A stretch of DNA of 64,000 bases from Schizochytrium sp. TIO01 (lineage: Eukaryota; Protista; Bigyra: Labyrinthulomycetes), in the NCBI GenBank assembly GCA_004764695.1, contig SMSO01000025.1, positions 5,740,429 to 5,804,428 of the forward strand, in the 5' to 3' direction. The first letter of the stretch is position 1; the number at the start of each line of letters is the position of its first letter. The notes beneath the pieces are model-generated. The model was not told where the DNA came from and did no database searches. It saw only the letters and a list, made by a program, of their open reading frames with translations. A program made the position numbers and the translations under genes. Shown here piece by piece: positions 25,275 through 38,339 of this stretch.

Positions 25275-26864
25275 GTTGAGAACAATTTCTCCAGTGCAAC
25301 TTTGCACATGAATGATTGAATGTACTACACCGGCTAGCCAGGGTCCCTCTCTCTATATATCTATCTCTCTCAGAATAGTGGCAGTAGCAGACTTTACTAC
25401 GATGAAAACTTCTATCTTTTAATTTTTCTTTGGATTCTTCATTTCTTCTTGCTATTTTCTTGTTGTACCTAGGTACCCACCCACAAAGCATCATGGGGTG
25501 CGAAGTACTTCCTTGACAGTGCACCACTCCCCACACTCAGAAGTCATTGCCAGAAACCACTCTTGAAATCCTCTTTGTTGAAGGTTTGAACTTAAGTCAA
25601 AACAAGACCGTCGTCATATGATGGAGAGTTGCTAGTCATTGAAGGAAGTCCCAAATAATCCTCAAGCTCGGGTGGCAAGCTAGGAATCAATTTGTATAGG
25701 CACCACTGTTCGTGTCTCTGGCATAACCTTTCTTCCTCACCTCTCAAACTCTTTACAGTTTGAATTGACTGAGCTTCGGAGCCCCACTGTCTTTGTTGCC
25801 GCTGCAAATTTAAAGCGTAGCATGCAAGATACTAGCGAATACGCACGCAAACTCTTGCATTGGTGTACCAACCTAGACAGAACATAAAGTTAACGTCTCT
25901 GATTGTATTCCAAGATTATCTGTCTTTTACGGAATCACGAGCAACCAAGCAGTGATGATTTTGATTACATGGTAGATTTGCACATGATTATACTGTGTGC
26001 CTTTTATTCCCTCGCACTCATATTTCTTTTTTGTTTATTTGCCCAAAGCCGTGTTCTAGGATATTTATTTCATACAGGTACACAGACTGTTCCTTGTGTG
26101 TGGACAAACTTACTCTTTTAGACCTATGTGATAACGACGTAAGAAAATCGAAGTGTTACGAGTCGATTCTATTTAGGTCACTGGATAACCTTCAGCTTCT
26201 CATAAATTTGGCAGATACATGAGTAGCACTTTATATGATCACAAATCGGACTGCTGGAATTCTAACGTACTTGGAAATGCAGAAAACAACCACCTCAACC
26301 AGTTGAGTTGCATACTAGGACCCGCCATGATGCTAAACCTCTATAGTCCACAATGGTGAATGTGAAGTGTTACACCCCATGTTGGATTCGATCTTGCAGG
26401 ACTACACCAATCACGAGGCTATCATGTCATCATACACATATGTTTTATTTTCAGCATTGACCAGTCGAATTTTCCGATCCATTACAATGCACGCGATACA
26501 GCGACCTTGAGCCTAGTACCTACTCTTCAACGTTTTATTTCAGCCTCGATGCCTCCTACTTAATTAATTAATGATGAGAGGCACAAAAACAGATGAGATG
26601 ATTCACCACCTACCCAGGTACTAGATGGGGAAGTAGGTAGAAGCTGCCTCTTTCGCCTCTTCTCTCACATTAGTACAAGAAAGAAGGATTGGTTCAACGT
26701 TATGCCAGTGTCTTTTTGTCTCATCATTCTCTCTAGCAGGCACTAGTACCTGGGTAGTCTGCGCAACCCGAAGTAGTATCGTACATGTGTATTTGTATCT
26801 TCTTTTGTACTGGAACTACTTAGCAGCTGGAGAGGTACCGGATACATCACACACAACAGTGAGG

Positions 26865-26982
26865 TCTGTCTCTGTCTCTGTCTCTGTCACTGTCTCTGTC
26901 TCTGTCACTGTCTCTGACTCTTTCTCTATCTCTGTCTCTGACTCTGTCTCTGACTCTGACTCTAACTCTGACTCTGTCTCTG
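26865..26982. repeat. (TCTCTG/ACTCTG)n hexanucleotide microsatellite
   Basis: Degenerate 6-bp tandem units. Confidence 0.9.
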
Positions 26983-27429
26983 TTTGGGACAGCGAGAGGC
27001 AGACAGTCAGATTTTCACAGCCCCATTGGAGCATCGATACCTGGGACCACGTTTTCTCGTGGGTTTGTTTTGGTGATGAAGGCCACTCTGGCCGTTTGAA
27101 GAAGAAGATGTGCTGCAAAGTTGAAGTAAACAAACAGTTTGAGAGGAATTGTCTTTAGCAATGGAGGTGAGGGTTGTTCTCAGAAGGCGCTTCAGGTGAT
27201 AAGGACGGGACGCAAAAGAGGCCGGGTCGAGACAGGAAGAACTCGAAAGGATGATGGAAGAAGCGAAGCGACGAAGCGACGGAACAACGAAACGTCGAAA
27301 CGTCGAAGCCGATGAAGCAAAAACATCAGGCTTCAAGATTGAAGAGAATTCCGCCACGCTTTCAAGAAGAATCTGACACCTAGCAGTACCTACCTAATGA
27401 GTAGCAGGAGGTTAAAATCTTATAACCAA

Positions 27430-27716
27430 TTTGTTTGTTTGATTGTTTGTTCGTTTGTTTGTTTGATTGTTTGTTTGTTTGTTTGTTTGTTTGTTTGTTT
27501 GTTTGTTTGTTTGTTTGTTTGTTTGTTTGTTTGTTTGTTTGTTTGTTTGTTTGTTTGTTTGTTTGTTTGTTTGTTTGTTTGTTTGTTTGTTTGTTTGTTT
27601 GTTTGTTTGTTTGTTTGTTTGTTTGTTTGTTTGTTTGTTTGTTTGTTTGTTTGTTTGTTTGTTTGTTTGTTTGTTTGTTTGTTTGTTTGTTTGTTTGTTT
27701 GTTTGTTTGTTTGTTT
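27430..27716. repeat. (GTTT)n tetranucleotide microsatellite, about 70 units
   Basis: Direct reading. Confidence 0.98.
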
Positions 27717-28227
27717 AGAGGGGATGAACAAAAGAAGCTATAGGAGTACAATGCAAGAGAAATGCACTGGCGTAATACCTGCAAGGATGCTCGTGCAGTC
27801 AAGCTATGTGCAAACAGCAGAGTCAGCTCGAGTCGATTTCTTTAAATCGATTCCTTTCTTCTTTCTTCTGCTTCTTCAAATTCGTTTCTCCTTTATTTCA
27901 TTCAGTTTAATTAATTTTGAAAGTTTTCTCATGCATTAGTCAGTAAGAAACCTAGGTAGGTAGTATATAGTAGCAGTTGTTGTTTGTTATTTCATGCGCA
28001 GGTTTGAAGATTGAGCCAAATGTTATTATGTATATAGGTCACGCGCTGACGCTTACTGCATATACGTAGATTAGTGCTGAGGACAACCAAGGCATCACAC
28101 GTTTAATTGCAACGAGAGAAGTGGCACCCGCTCGTCCTAAAGCCTCTTTCTGGAGTTTTTCAAGTTCTTGCCCCAAAAAGTTCTTCCCGGGATCTTCATT
28201 AGGTCGATGAAGCTTTTCCAGTTTTAA

Positions 28228-28242
28228 TAGTAGTAGTAGCTT

Positions 28243-28277
<35 letters not shown>
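28228..28277. repeat. (TAG)n microsatellite
   Basis: Direct reading. Confidence 0.9.
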
Positions 28278-28278
<1 letters not shown>

Positions 28279-28448
28279 GTAGGTAGTTCTTTGTTGTTGT
28301 TGAAGCGGACGGAAAAAAGATTCTTCGAATGGGATGGATTTTGGGATCCAATTCAAACAGCTTTCAATTCCAAAACGTTTCGAGGCGCAAGGCTTGGTGG
28401 AAATAGAAGTCAAGGCGGCAGCAAGAACGAGCGCGATACGACAGCGCG

Positions 28449-30386
28449 ATGGCGAGGTAAGTAGGGAACTGCAAGCGAACGCAGCGATGCTTGCTACCGC
28501 CCGTAGGAGAGACCCTGGACGATGGAGATTAATGAAACCAGCGCACGGCGAAGGAGACGATCTTGCACAAAGCACCTACAAAATAAAAGGAGAATCACGA
28601 GGAAAGTAGATGAAAGGAGGGGTGAGAATGTGATTGGAAAAGGGTGCCGGGTTTAATCTCAGTAGTGTATATTCAAAACAGAAAACTGACGCGGAACGAT
28701 TACTCTTGGAATGGTCTTCCCGATGGGACAAAACCATGAAAAAAATATAAAACCACTAATCATGACTCATTGAAATCATATGTGTGCCCGGGACAATTGT
28801 ATTGGACGCTGCCGATCGATTTGATGGGGATCATTAAAAATATGCGCACATGATGGTCGCGAGATTTTCGTATTGGTTTTCGTTTTACATGACACATGAC
28901 GCATGATGCATGACGCGTGGTAAACAGCAATGATGAAGCACGGACCAAGCCCGTGGATGAGGTGATTATGAACACAATCCTCGACAACGTTGGCCGGACT
29001 CCTTTGGTACGACTCAACCGTGTAGGCCCAAATGATGGTCTGAAGTGCGAGCTCCTTGCTAAGTGCGAGTTCTTCAACAGCGGAGGTTCGGTTAAGGATC
29101 GAATTGGACTGCGCATGATTGAAGATGCTGAAAAGAGCGGTCGTATTAAGCCAGGCGACACTCTGATCGAGCCTACCTCTGGAAATACTGGCATTGGCCT
29201 CGCTTTAGCAGCGGCGATCAAAGGATACAAAATGATCATTACGTTGCCTGAGAAAATGAGCAAGGAGAAGGTCGATGTTCTCAGAGCCTTGGGCGCAGAG
29301 ATCATTCGTACACCAACAGAGGCTGCGTATGATTCTCCTGAATCCCATATTAGTGTAGCTCGCCGGCTCAACGAAGAAATTCCCAACTCGCACATCCTTG
29401 ATCAATACGCGAACCCCTCCAACCCCCAAGCACATTATGATGGTACTGCTGAGGAGCTTATTTGTCAAACTGGTGGCAAAATTGACATGGCTGTCATTAG
29501 CGCTGGTACGGGAGGTACCATCACTGGCATTGCTCGAAAGCTCAAGGAGAAAATTCCTGGAATCAAGATTGTCGGTGTAGATCCGGTAGGTTCGATCCTT
29601 GCTGTGCCGGATTCTCTTAATGACAAAGATAGGCTTAAGTCATACAAGGTCGAAGGCATCGGTTATGATTTCATCCCAGATGTGTTGGACCGATCCTTGG
29701 TGGATGAGTGGATCAAGACTGAAGACAAGGAGTCCTTCTTGACAGCCCGCCGACTAATTCGTGAAGAAGGCCTTCTTTGCGGTGGGTCGTGTGGATCTGC
29801 CGTTGCTGCTGCTCTTCGCGCTGCGAAACAGCTCGGAGAAGGCCAGCGCTGTGTTGTCATCCTCCCTGACTCGGTCCGCAACTACATGACTAAATTTCTC
29901 GATGACGGATGGATGATCGAGAATGGATACATGTCTTCATCTGATACGGCGGATCAGAATGAATGGTGGTCACTTGACACCGTAGCTGAGCTCGAACCAT
30001 CGACACCGTGCACCATTACTCCAGACGTCACTGTTCGCGAAGCTGTGGAGATTCTAGAGTCCAAAGCATTTGACCAACTCCCTGTTGTAGCCGAGAATGG
30101 TTCCATTCTTGGCGTTGTTACTGCCGGTAATATGAACTCGATGCTCCTCCGCCACCAGGTGAACTCTGACGATAAGGTCGAAAAGGCGTTGTACAAGAAT
30201 TTCAAACGTGTTACTAACGCCACAAAGCTGTGCGACCTATCTCATATCTTCAACAATGATCACTTTGCTTTAGTAGTACAGACCCAGACGTTGCACGGCC
30301 CTGCAGGTAAATCTGAGGAGCGTTCTTTCATCACGGGTGTTGTGTCTCGTGTAGATCTTCTCAAGTACATCACTAACCGCAAGTAG
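28449..30386 (+). CDS. CBS: Cystathionine beta-synthase with C-terminal CBS domains (exons 28449-28456, 28928-30386)
   Basis: [15 protein letters not shown] (PLP lysine), [26 protein letters not shown] and a CBS pair. The long ORF opens at GTG; ATGGCGAG|gtaagt...aacag|C restores an in-frame MASNDEAR start. Confidence 0.93.
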
Positions 30387-30901
30387 ATATAGTCTTATAT
30401 ACATCATCCTGAAGATGTGATGTGCAAGAAGGCCCATATCGATGGGTTTCACATCCTCCTTTTCTTTTTTCTTTTCCAGAAAAGGTGTTTGAAGCTCCCC
30501 ATCTTCTCTGTAGAGAAAACAAATAGGTATCAGCACAATCGCCCTGACAATTCCATGGCAGCTTAGTATCAAGATCAAGTTCCAGTTCTAGAAATCAACT
30601 CTCTTTTAATGGAAATCATTTTTATTTCCTTCTATTCATTGGTGTTTTTCTTTTTTACCAAAACCTGTTCTTAGCTTTCTTACTTCAAGTTGTTAGAGGG
30701 AAAAAGTTTAAAGTAGGATGCACTTAGACAAAGGTTTGAATTTTATGTTTTAAAAACTTACAAATATATTGCTATATTTGATGCTTGCAACAATTGCCCC
30801 ATGGTAAATTTATCTCGATCAATGCCATGTTTTGGTCCCTTACCTTCAAGGTTCTATCTTCAGTTTTCATCTTCATGAATAATTGTTTTTCGCATGTGTG
30901 A

Positions 30902-33331
30902 CTAACTTTTGGTCATTTTCCCAGCACTTGCGGCCTTGAGCTGCATCAAGGCGAGACGCTGCCTTTGTTTGATTTCGATTCCATTATAAAATTCGTGGTC
31001 TTGACTCTCCAGAAGCTTCTCCTCGGCTTCGCAATATAGTAGCTGAGCTTTTCGCGCACTGTCAGCTCTTTCCACAGCATCATTGATCTTCTTATCGATG
31101 ACAACACGGTCATAGTAGATAGGGCGCACCCGTGCCTCTGACAATTTCTCTTGAAGTTTGAACCATTGTTCACCTTCCCTAAAGGCTTTGTATTGTTGCG
31201 CAAGAACAAGAATAACCCGTCGCTGGTTGGAAAGCTCATCGATAACCTGAGGATAATCCTCCAATGTGAGACTATCAAATATTGCGAAAATCCTCTCCCT
31301 GATGTCGATACTTTCTCCGGCACTAAGCACTTGCCTTTGATCTTGGGCTAACATGAGAGCCTGGGCATCGCGGAGAGCTTGCAGTAAGCGAGTGCGAGGT
31401 CCAGAAGAGCCCTGCTGTGAGCATCCTGGCTCCTGAAGAGGCTTCTGTAAATCAGTAATGAGAGCATCAGTACAAGACCCAGAAACCCAAAGATCAAGAA
31501 TCAATGAAATTGCGTCAGTTTTACTTGCAGTTGACTTGTAGTGCATAACAATTGGTACTGCATATGCATTATTAGCAAGAAGATCTGCAAGTAGAGCAAG
31601 TGCTTGAGCCTGAACCTGAATGACTGATCCATCAATAAGGTCCAGCAGACGTTCGATACCGTCAGCATCATCAATGAAGAGACGCTCTGAGAGTGGGTCA
31701 TCAATAATGCAAGCGTGAGCACACGCTAAGCCAGCAATTACACAAGTCTCTTGATGATGAAGATCATTCCGATTCGGAGAGAGTAGCACATTGCTCACAG
31801 CATGTATACCATTACACTCACGCAAGAATTGGGAGACAGCTACACCCATCCGTGTTAGAGCTAGCGCGGCACTTTCACGAACTGACATGGAATTGGAGGT
31901 ACATACAAGCCTTACCAATATATTTGCAACAACACTCAAATTATCTGGCATCTCTTTGCAGTGCAGTAAAATTTGAAGACAATCTACAATTAGTTTCTCC
32001 CGTGAGATTTCTTGAGCTTTTCCATCGCTTGTTCTATCCTCACCAGTTTGGTTTGAGACTGTGCAGCGAAGAACCTCAAGAACAGCCTCCTGGTCTTCCT
32101 TCACTGGTCCCAAAGATGCGAGAATGCGCAAAGCATGCGTACGCAGCAGACAGCGTTGGCTTAGCGAGTACGGGGATCCCTTGATACGCTGCGGCAATGG
32201 GTCTGGAACGATATAGCCCCGTAATGTTTCCATATAAAGTGCCTCGTTTATTACGGGGCGGCACTCGTCCGAGTTGGCCAAATAGCGCACAGCATACCAA
32301 GTAAGAAGCTTAAACTCCATGTCCAGAGGATCTGCGGTTGCAAAATGCCTGGTATCGCAACCTGTAGGAAGCTCATTTTCTGCTGCGGAAGCATATAACA
32401 GTACAAGAGATAACAACCCAGAAGACTTAAACAATGCACGATTTGGGGCACGAGACGCCAATTGTGTTGCAATGATAAGAACCTCATTGCGAAGTCTCTT
32501 ATCGTCAAGTCTATGACCTTCCAGCAACATTCGTTCAAGTAATGAACATAACATGCTGATAGCACTAAGATTCCCAAGGCGACACAAAGCGTTTGCATGG
32601 CGGAACTTGTCCAAGAGCTGCATTCGTGTTCCAGCCACACATCCGTCGAGTCTTTCAGAGGAATGCTCAAGTACACTCCAGAGAATTTGAACCATAAATC
32701 GTATTTCATCCTTGCGAAAGTCAACAACGCGAGAGACTACTTCAACGAGTAAGTTTGGCACATTCGCTCGAGTAAGGCTTAGAGCGTTCTCCCGGTGAAT
32801 CGCAAGCACCTGGACCAGTTCCATTAGAGCAACTACATCGCAAGCAGCATTGGATGACGCACGGGCTCTTTCATATTCCGCAGAGCTTATTCTCCCGTCT
32901 CCATCTACGTCGTTGCTTTTGATATTGTTTACCACATGAGCTACAGCTGAATTGACGAGATTCATGGCATCATACCTTGTAAAAAGAGCTCCCACCCAAC
33001 CATCGTCCTGCTGCACAAAGCGGGTAAGGACTTGTGCACTAGCTGTAGCAATGTCTTTGCACCCGCTTAGAAGCTCTGCCAAAACTACAAGAACCTTCCC
33101 TACAGATGCTTCGTATCGGGCCTTGGCGTGCGGAGTTCGAGCTTCTAAGACCTGGATACGTTGCAATGCTCGTGGAGCCTCACGAAGCTCTAGAAGAGGT
33201 AGCATGGCCACAAAGGCATCACATTCATCAAGGTACAACGAGGGCCCTACTGATCGTGCAATCTCTTCTTGTCTTCGCTCATACAAACCTTGGGTGAGCT
33301 CGTCATCCAGAAATTCCACGAGCGACTCCAT
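30902..33331 (-). CDS. CFAP69: Cilia- and flagella-associated protein 69 (ARM-repeat)
   Basis: 809-aa helical protein with LRNEVLII, DMEFKLL, HALRILASLGP and YKAFREGEQW...VRP motifs, recognised from CFAP69. Confidence 0.75.
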   Translation of the reverse strand: MESLVEFLDDELTQGLYERRQEEIARSVGPSLYLDECDAFVAMLPLLELREAPRALQRIQVLEARTPHAKARYEASVGKVLVVLAELLSGCKDIATASAQVLTRFVQQDDGWVGALFTRYDAMNLVNSAVAHVVNNIKSNDVDGDGRISSAEYERARASSNAACDVVALMELVQVLAIHRENALSLTRANVPNLLVEVVSRVVDFRKDEIRFMVQILWSVLEHSSERLDGCVAGTRMQLLDKFRHANALCRLGNLSAISMLCSLLERMLLEGHRLDDKRLRNEVLIIATQLASRAPNRALFKSSGLLSLVLLYASAAENELPTGCDTRHFATADPLDMEFKLLTWYAVRYLANSDECRPVINEALYMETLRGYIVPDPLPQRIKGSPYSLSQRCLLRTHALRILASLGPVKEDQEAVLEVLRCTVSNQTGEDRTSDGKAQEISREKLIVDCLQILLHCKEMPDNLSVVANILVRLVCTSNSMSVRESAALALTRMGVAVSQFLRECNGIHAVSNVLLSPNRNDLHHQETCVIAGLACAHACIIDDPLSERLFIDDADGIERLLDLIDGSVIQVQAQALALLADLLANNAYAVPIVMHYKSTASKTDAISLILDLWVSGSCTDALITDLQKPLQEPGCSQQGSSGPRTRLLQALRDAQALMLAQDQRQVLSAGESIDIRERIFAIFDSLTLEDYPQVIDELSNQRRVILVLAQQYKAFREGEQWFKLQEKLSEARVRPIYYDRVVIDKKINDAVERADSARKAQLLYCEAEEKLLESQDHEFYNGIEIKQRQRLALMQLKAASAGKMTKS

Positions 33332-33691
33332 CGTAGAAGGAGCTCTTTACAATTTCAAGAATGTAACCTCAGCCTTACGCCAGAACCTCATAGCCTGTTT
33401 TATGAGTTTGTCCACTCTTCTACGTAACGCAGTTCCATAAACTCGTACCTTGAACGCTGTTCTTCAGGTAGCAAGCATCTACTTATCTTTGCACACAATA
33501 ATGTTGAGACTAATTGGCATCCATTCTCTGAACAAGACATATCTCATAACGGACTTTTTCTTAATTTTGTTTTTACCCCTTTTCATTCTCTATTTCTCTT
33601 CTCTTCTTCTCTGTCTTCGTGGGTGAGCTTAATACTAACAGAATATTTATATTAATCCACAACAATCCTCTGCTACATCCAACAAAAAGAA

Positions 33692-33763
33692 GCTTCGATA
33701 GCACAGCGGCAGTGCGTGTGATTCGTAATCTCAAGGTCCCGGGTTCGATTCCCGGTCGAAGCT
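33692..33763 (+). tRNA. tRNA-Thr(CGT)
   Basis: Full cloverleaf: acceptor GCTTCGA/TCGAAGC, D stem GCAC/GTGC, loop TTCGTAA, T arm CCGGG-TTCGATT-CCCGG; T-run terminator. Confidence 0.95.
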
Positions 33764-34077
33764 TTTATTTTTTATTTTTAAAATTTGACTTTAGTACCTC
33801 ACCTCATTATTGGAATTTTTTCACCCTAAATAAGCTCATAATCTAACTTTGTTTTGGCCCAAGTAAAAACTGCAGCCAACCTTGAATTTGAAAGGGTTTG
33901 CTACCTACCTTAGTGTTTAAATACAGAAAGTACTTTGCTCGATTTGAGGTTGACATTGGAACTACTAGAGCCTCGCTTTTGAATTACTGGAAACATCGAT
34001 TAAACATTTTGCTGTCACTCCTTAACGTTTTGGTTTTTGATGACGTTTCTATTTTCGTACTATGGTGCCACCATTCT

Positions 34078-34149
34078 GCTTCGATAGCACAGCGGTAGTG
34101 CGTGTGATTCGTAATCTCAAGGTCCCGGGTTCGATTCCCGGTCGAAGCT
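34078..34149 (+). tRNA. tRNA-Thr(CGT), second copy
   Basis: Same as the first copy except for one D-loop base (GGTA vs GGCA). Confidence 0.95.
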
Positions 34150-35301
34150 TGTGGGTTTTTAATTTTTGTGTTTTATTTTCGGTGTTCTTATTTTGGAGTT
34201 TTGACTGTTTTAGGGTCTGAGAATGAAATTATTGAACCCTGTAACAACACTCAGGGTCCCCAATTTGCAAGTTCGAATAGAATAGCCCTGAATATCGTAA
34301 AAAGGTGGTTACAAAAAGGTAGCCAGATCTATACACCACAAATTTCTGATTTTCAGGCGCAGATTCTTGAAATTTCTGTGTCAGATTGCTAGTTCTAGCC
34401 TTGAAGAACATCATCTTCAAGCCCCGAGCTCTAAAATAAAGGTGATGATGAATAATTGGAATTTTCGATTCTAGCTTTGAACGAAATCAATCGGTCTAAG
34501 TCTGATTAAAAATAGCTCTTTTTTCTACGTTTTATGTAGACAAAAATACCATGTTATCCTTAATTAGTTTCAAACTTGTATCGTGAAACGGTCGTACCGG
34601 GGATACTTAACAAAGCTTCGGGAGAATTGGATTCTACATAAATTTTACTATTTGACTTCTGGGAGCACCTTTAAAATTCCTTCAGAATGAAAAATGTACA
34701 TTGGATATACACTTAGCCTCTAATTCGCGAAATATATCGAAGCGCTTTTTGCAGAATGCAGCAAATAGACCTGGATGTATCTCACAGCCTTTGCACTCCT
34801 TGGTAGTAGATCTCCCTCGTCGAGAGACGTGATCCTGACTTTTCTCGCACCAACAATACATGTCCTCCTTGCCACAGGGGTACCATAAGCTTGATTGCGT
34901 GATAGAGTGTGCTTATTGTGTATATTGTTTTTCAAACCTTGAAGCAGGTTAAGTATGAACTGTTTTTGTTACGTATTTCGATGATTCTTCATAGTCTTCG
35001 CTTTGGGGTGATGATACAATCGCAGAATTGGGATTCGCAGCAACAATAATACCATTTACGGAAAGCGGGAATTGATTATGCTCATAAAATCGATAACACA
35101 TGCCTTTGTGCAAATCTTCTAAGAACACTACAAATGATGTGGTGTTCTCCTAGCTGTCTGCCATGCATCAAAGGATTTTGCATATGGATTAGAAGCTTCA
35201 AGACGCGCAAGTTGATATACACGGAATGTATTATATAGTGTGTAGTCGACGTAAGTAAGCCAGATTATAGCCGCAGGCTTCAGTTGACTAGTACGCTGCC
35301 T

Positions 35302-36777
35302 TCAACCTTCGACTATCTTCCGAACAATATCAACATTTCCCATGTGGCGATTCCAAACACTGCATAACTTCGGTAATATTTTTTTACAGGGTGGCGGTGT
35401 CCCATTTGATAGTACATCATCATTGTGCCGCCGCCAGAGTTGCAAGCAAATGCCACCTGTAAGTTGTTCTCTAGCAAAACCATACGACGACGAGTAATCA
35501 TCACCAAGATGGGGAGATCTCCCTAGATGCTCTTCATAGGCAAACTTCATGTACTCATTTGCGAGAGCACCTAAATAGCCTCTCCATTGCCTAGCGTGTG
35601 CGTCAAATGATCCTCTTGTGAGTGAGTCTCGAGGCAGAGCCTTGTTAGAATCTTTAATACCTCCGATTCTTCCATAGTGCTAACTTTGTCTTGAATCTTG
35701 TTGGAATACTGTTCGAACCCCAGACTGGGAGTGAACATTAACCACAAATATGGGCCAACTCTGGACTTACGTTTAAGAACCTGTGTTGGAGTAAAGTGCA
35801 AGCATTCAGCTAAAGATACAAGACTCGATCCCATCGTAAGTCGTTCATTATGTGTTGGGCATGACACATAAAGCTGCTTTGCATCATAATGTTTACAAAA
35901 CGCTTTGTAGCGCTGCGTATCTGGAGAGCAGGCAGCAACGCATGGTATTCCTCGAACTGCAGGTACTTCCTGCATCGAGGCCTCTGGGTCATAAATTTCT
36001 TTGTATATTACCATTATGAGAAACAGGCCTGAGCGCAGATACACTAATTGCGATGTCCCTCTCAACTCGACAAACTTGTCTTGAACCCACCTCTAGTGAC
36101 AAGAAGAATGCGCCAACGCTGATGGCTGCTCCATTCCACCAAAACGTGAAAATTTGTGGCTCTGGAAGCACTGATAGGTCTTCACCAAGAACACACCACA
36201 CTTCTGGGTTAAATACCACCACTACGTACTTCCAAAGGTGCCAAGACTTTGAGATACCTGGATCGCCAATAACGACTGAATTTTCATATTTTCACCACGC
36301 CTTCATAAGACCAATATCTTCATTTCTAAAGAATAAAATATTTGCTCCAGGACGATTAACCATTCCTGGAAAAGACCGTGGCAAGGTGACCACGTACATG
36401 GAGCTATCCACAGCAAATTCCTCTTCACTCTCCCACACCACCTTTGTCACCCCAATCTTGTCTGCCCTGGCCATATTGGGCCATTCCACAAATCCTGTTT
36501 CCTCATCCAGTGTTCAAGTTCCATGATTCACGACCTCAGCGCCTGACACGCTCCGAAGCCACGTTTGCTCGCCCTCCGCAGCTTTTGGTCTGCATTCGAT
36601 ATAATTGGCGCATGCTCGCTGTAGCTTCTGAGCCATATCCTTGTCAAGCCCGTCCGTGTTGAAGAAGGAAGGTTGGTCAATATCAGCCGGATTCGTACTC
36701 ATAGGCAACTTGGTCTCGCCAACATGTTTATGATATAGAAAGTCACAGGCAGCTAAAGGAACACCTTCCTGACGCAA
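35302..36777 (-). pseudogene. Crinkler/RHS-type P-loop NTPase pseudogene
   Basis: ORFs 36777-36514, 36489-36292 and 36222-35989 share one frame and are split by TGA stops. Read-through gives Walker A VVIGDPGISKSW. After a frameshift come IYDP (Walker B), CSPDTQRYKAFCK...LYVSCP and RVGP, as in RHS/CRN NTPases. Outer limits uncertain (about 34.7-37.5 kb). Confidence 0.7.
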
Positions 36778-38339
36778 AATACTTAGAAATATCTTGTACT
36801 CACCTTGGCCAAGATGTAATGTGCAAGTATCACAACCAGCATGGAAAAGATTCTAGAAAGCAGTCGTAACTATAGCTTCTCGAAGGCCGTAATTCAATAG
36901 CCTAGGGACAACTTCTTTTCCGAGAAAGCCTTTCCAAGAAATTTTACATGCGTTAGTACCCCGTCCATCCATCCATCTTCTCAAGGATCTTTTGGACACC
37001 TTCTCGGTCTGGTTTTCCAGGCGTTTCGATAGTCTTCTGACTAGTTCTTTGACCTGTCCTCATTTCATGATTAGTGGTGCTTCGGTGCCGTACGAAAAGA
37101 CTTTGTGTCCCTGCCGCTCTGACTCGATGCTCCATAAGAATTGTACTTCTGTCAGTAGTGGAGTTGCCCTCAAGAATAGGAGAAAGCTTAAAGCAACACC
37201 TTTCCATCATCAACTCTCTCTGTGCTGAGACTTCACAGCAGTCTTATTAATCAGTGTTGCGCAACAGATGCCCCGAGTGTACAAACCCAGTGACGCTTTC
37301 TTCAGCGTTTTGTAGAGAATTCCGTTTCTGAACGATGAGAGAAGACCTCTCAAAAGCGGCGGCTGAGGCAGAGTTTTCAGCAGTGTTGAACAGGTAAGTT
37401 CTCAAGAAGGAGTCCAATCTCCTGAGTTCGAAGCAGCAGGGAAGAAGATAGACCGGCGACGAGGGGGGCTTGTACACACGGGCATTTCAGCAGGTCCTCC
37501 CACTCCCGACTTGCTTAACAATGAATAGAGTCCCATGTACCGCGCCAGAGTTTCACATGGACCAAACTCTTCATTCAAGATTTGCTTTGAGTACGCCTAA
37601 TTATTGAACTAGTAGTAGACTTGCTAGAACAACAGTACTAGGTACCCACTGACCTGTTTAAAGTGACGAACGAACCAAAGTATTTACTTAAGCAAATCAT
37701 TTTCCGATTATGTATTGTTTTCGATGTTTTTTAGCGCAATAGCCTGACTTGAGAGAAAAACAGCACCGGAAAACATATTTGCTAAGTGAAAACTGAATGA
37801 GTCGTTAATATTTAAAGATCCCAGGAGCAGAGATGCGAGTGCCCCGTAGTGTCGACAATTTCAAAGAATATTTTGGCATAAAAAATGGGAAGACTTTTCT
37901 TTTGGGGAAAGGCAAGAATCATTTTATTTTCTACGTATAGAAAAGGCAAACAGCTTGTAAAAGGAGATAAATGCAATACTGAATATTGGATAGAAGCTGA
38001 CTATAGCATGAGTGGTTGGTTTTGTCTGGAGTATATAGCCCCAAAATATTGTTGAAAGCCACAGTAAAGCATCGCATTCAAAATGCTGCCACTCTCGCCG
38101 ACCTTGCACCTTTGACTCCTACAATTGGTGATTGATATGCAAACTTTGCGATGCTGCGTGCAAATAATTAAGTTGAATTAAAACACACAATGTCAATCCC
38201 TTCAACGAGTGAGCAATCTTGCCGTCGTATGCGCTGGAGGAAATTTAGATACTCACCAAAACAAAACTGCAAAACAATATTGGTAACCTTGGAGTTGCTT
38301 TGTTGATAAGCAAAGGTAAAAAAATAAACGGAGGAAAAA

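Noticed and set aside
23805-25307. Long antisense ORFs over the lactonase (likewise over CBS and FEX)
   Set aside because: Shadows of biased codon usage on the coding strand.
27380-27939. ORFs of repeating TNKQ / VCLF
   Set aside because: Translations of the (GTTT)n microsatellite.
36292-36516. TGA read-through or selenocysteine recoding in the RHS/CRN-like gene
   Set aside because: A frameshift and further stops follow, so ordinary pseudogenisation is the simpler explanation.
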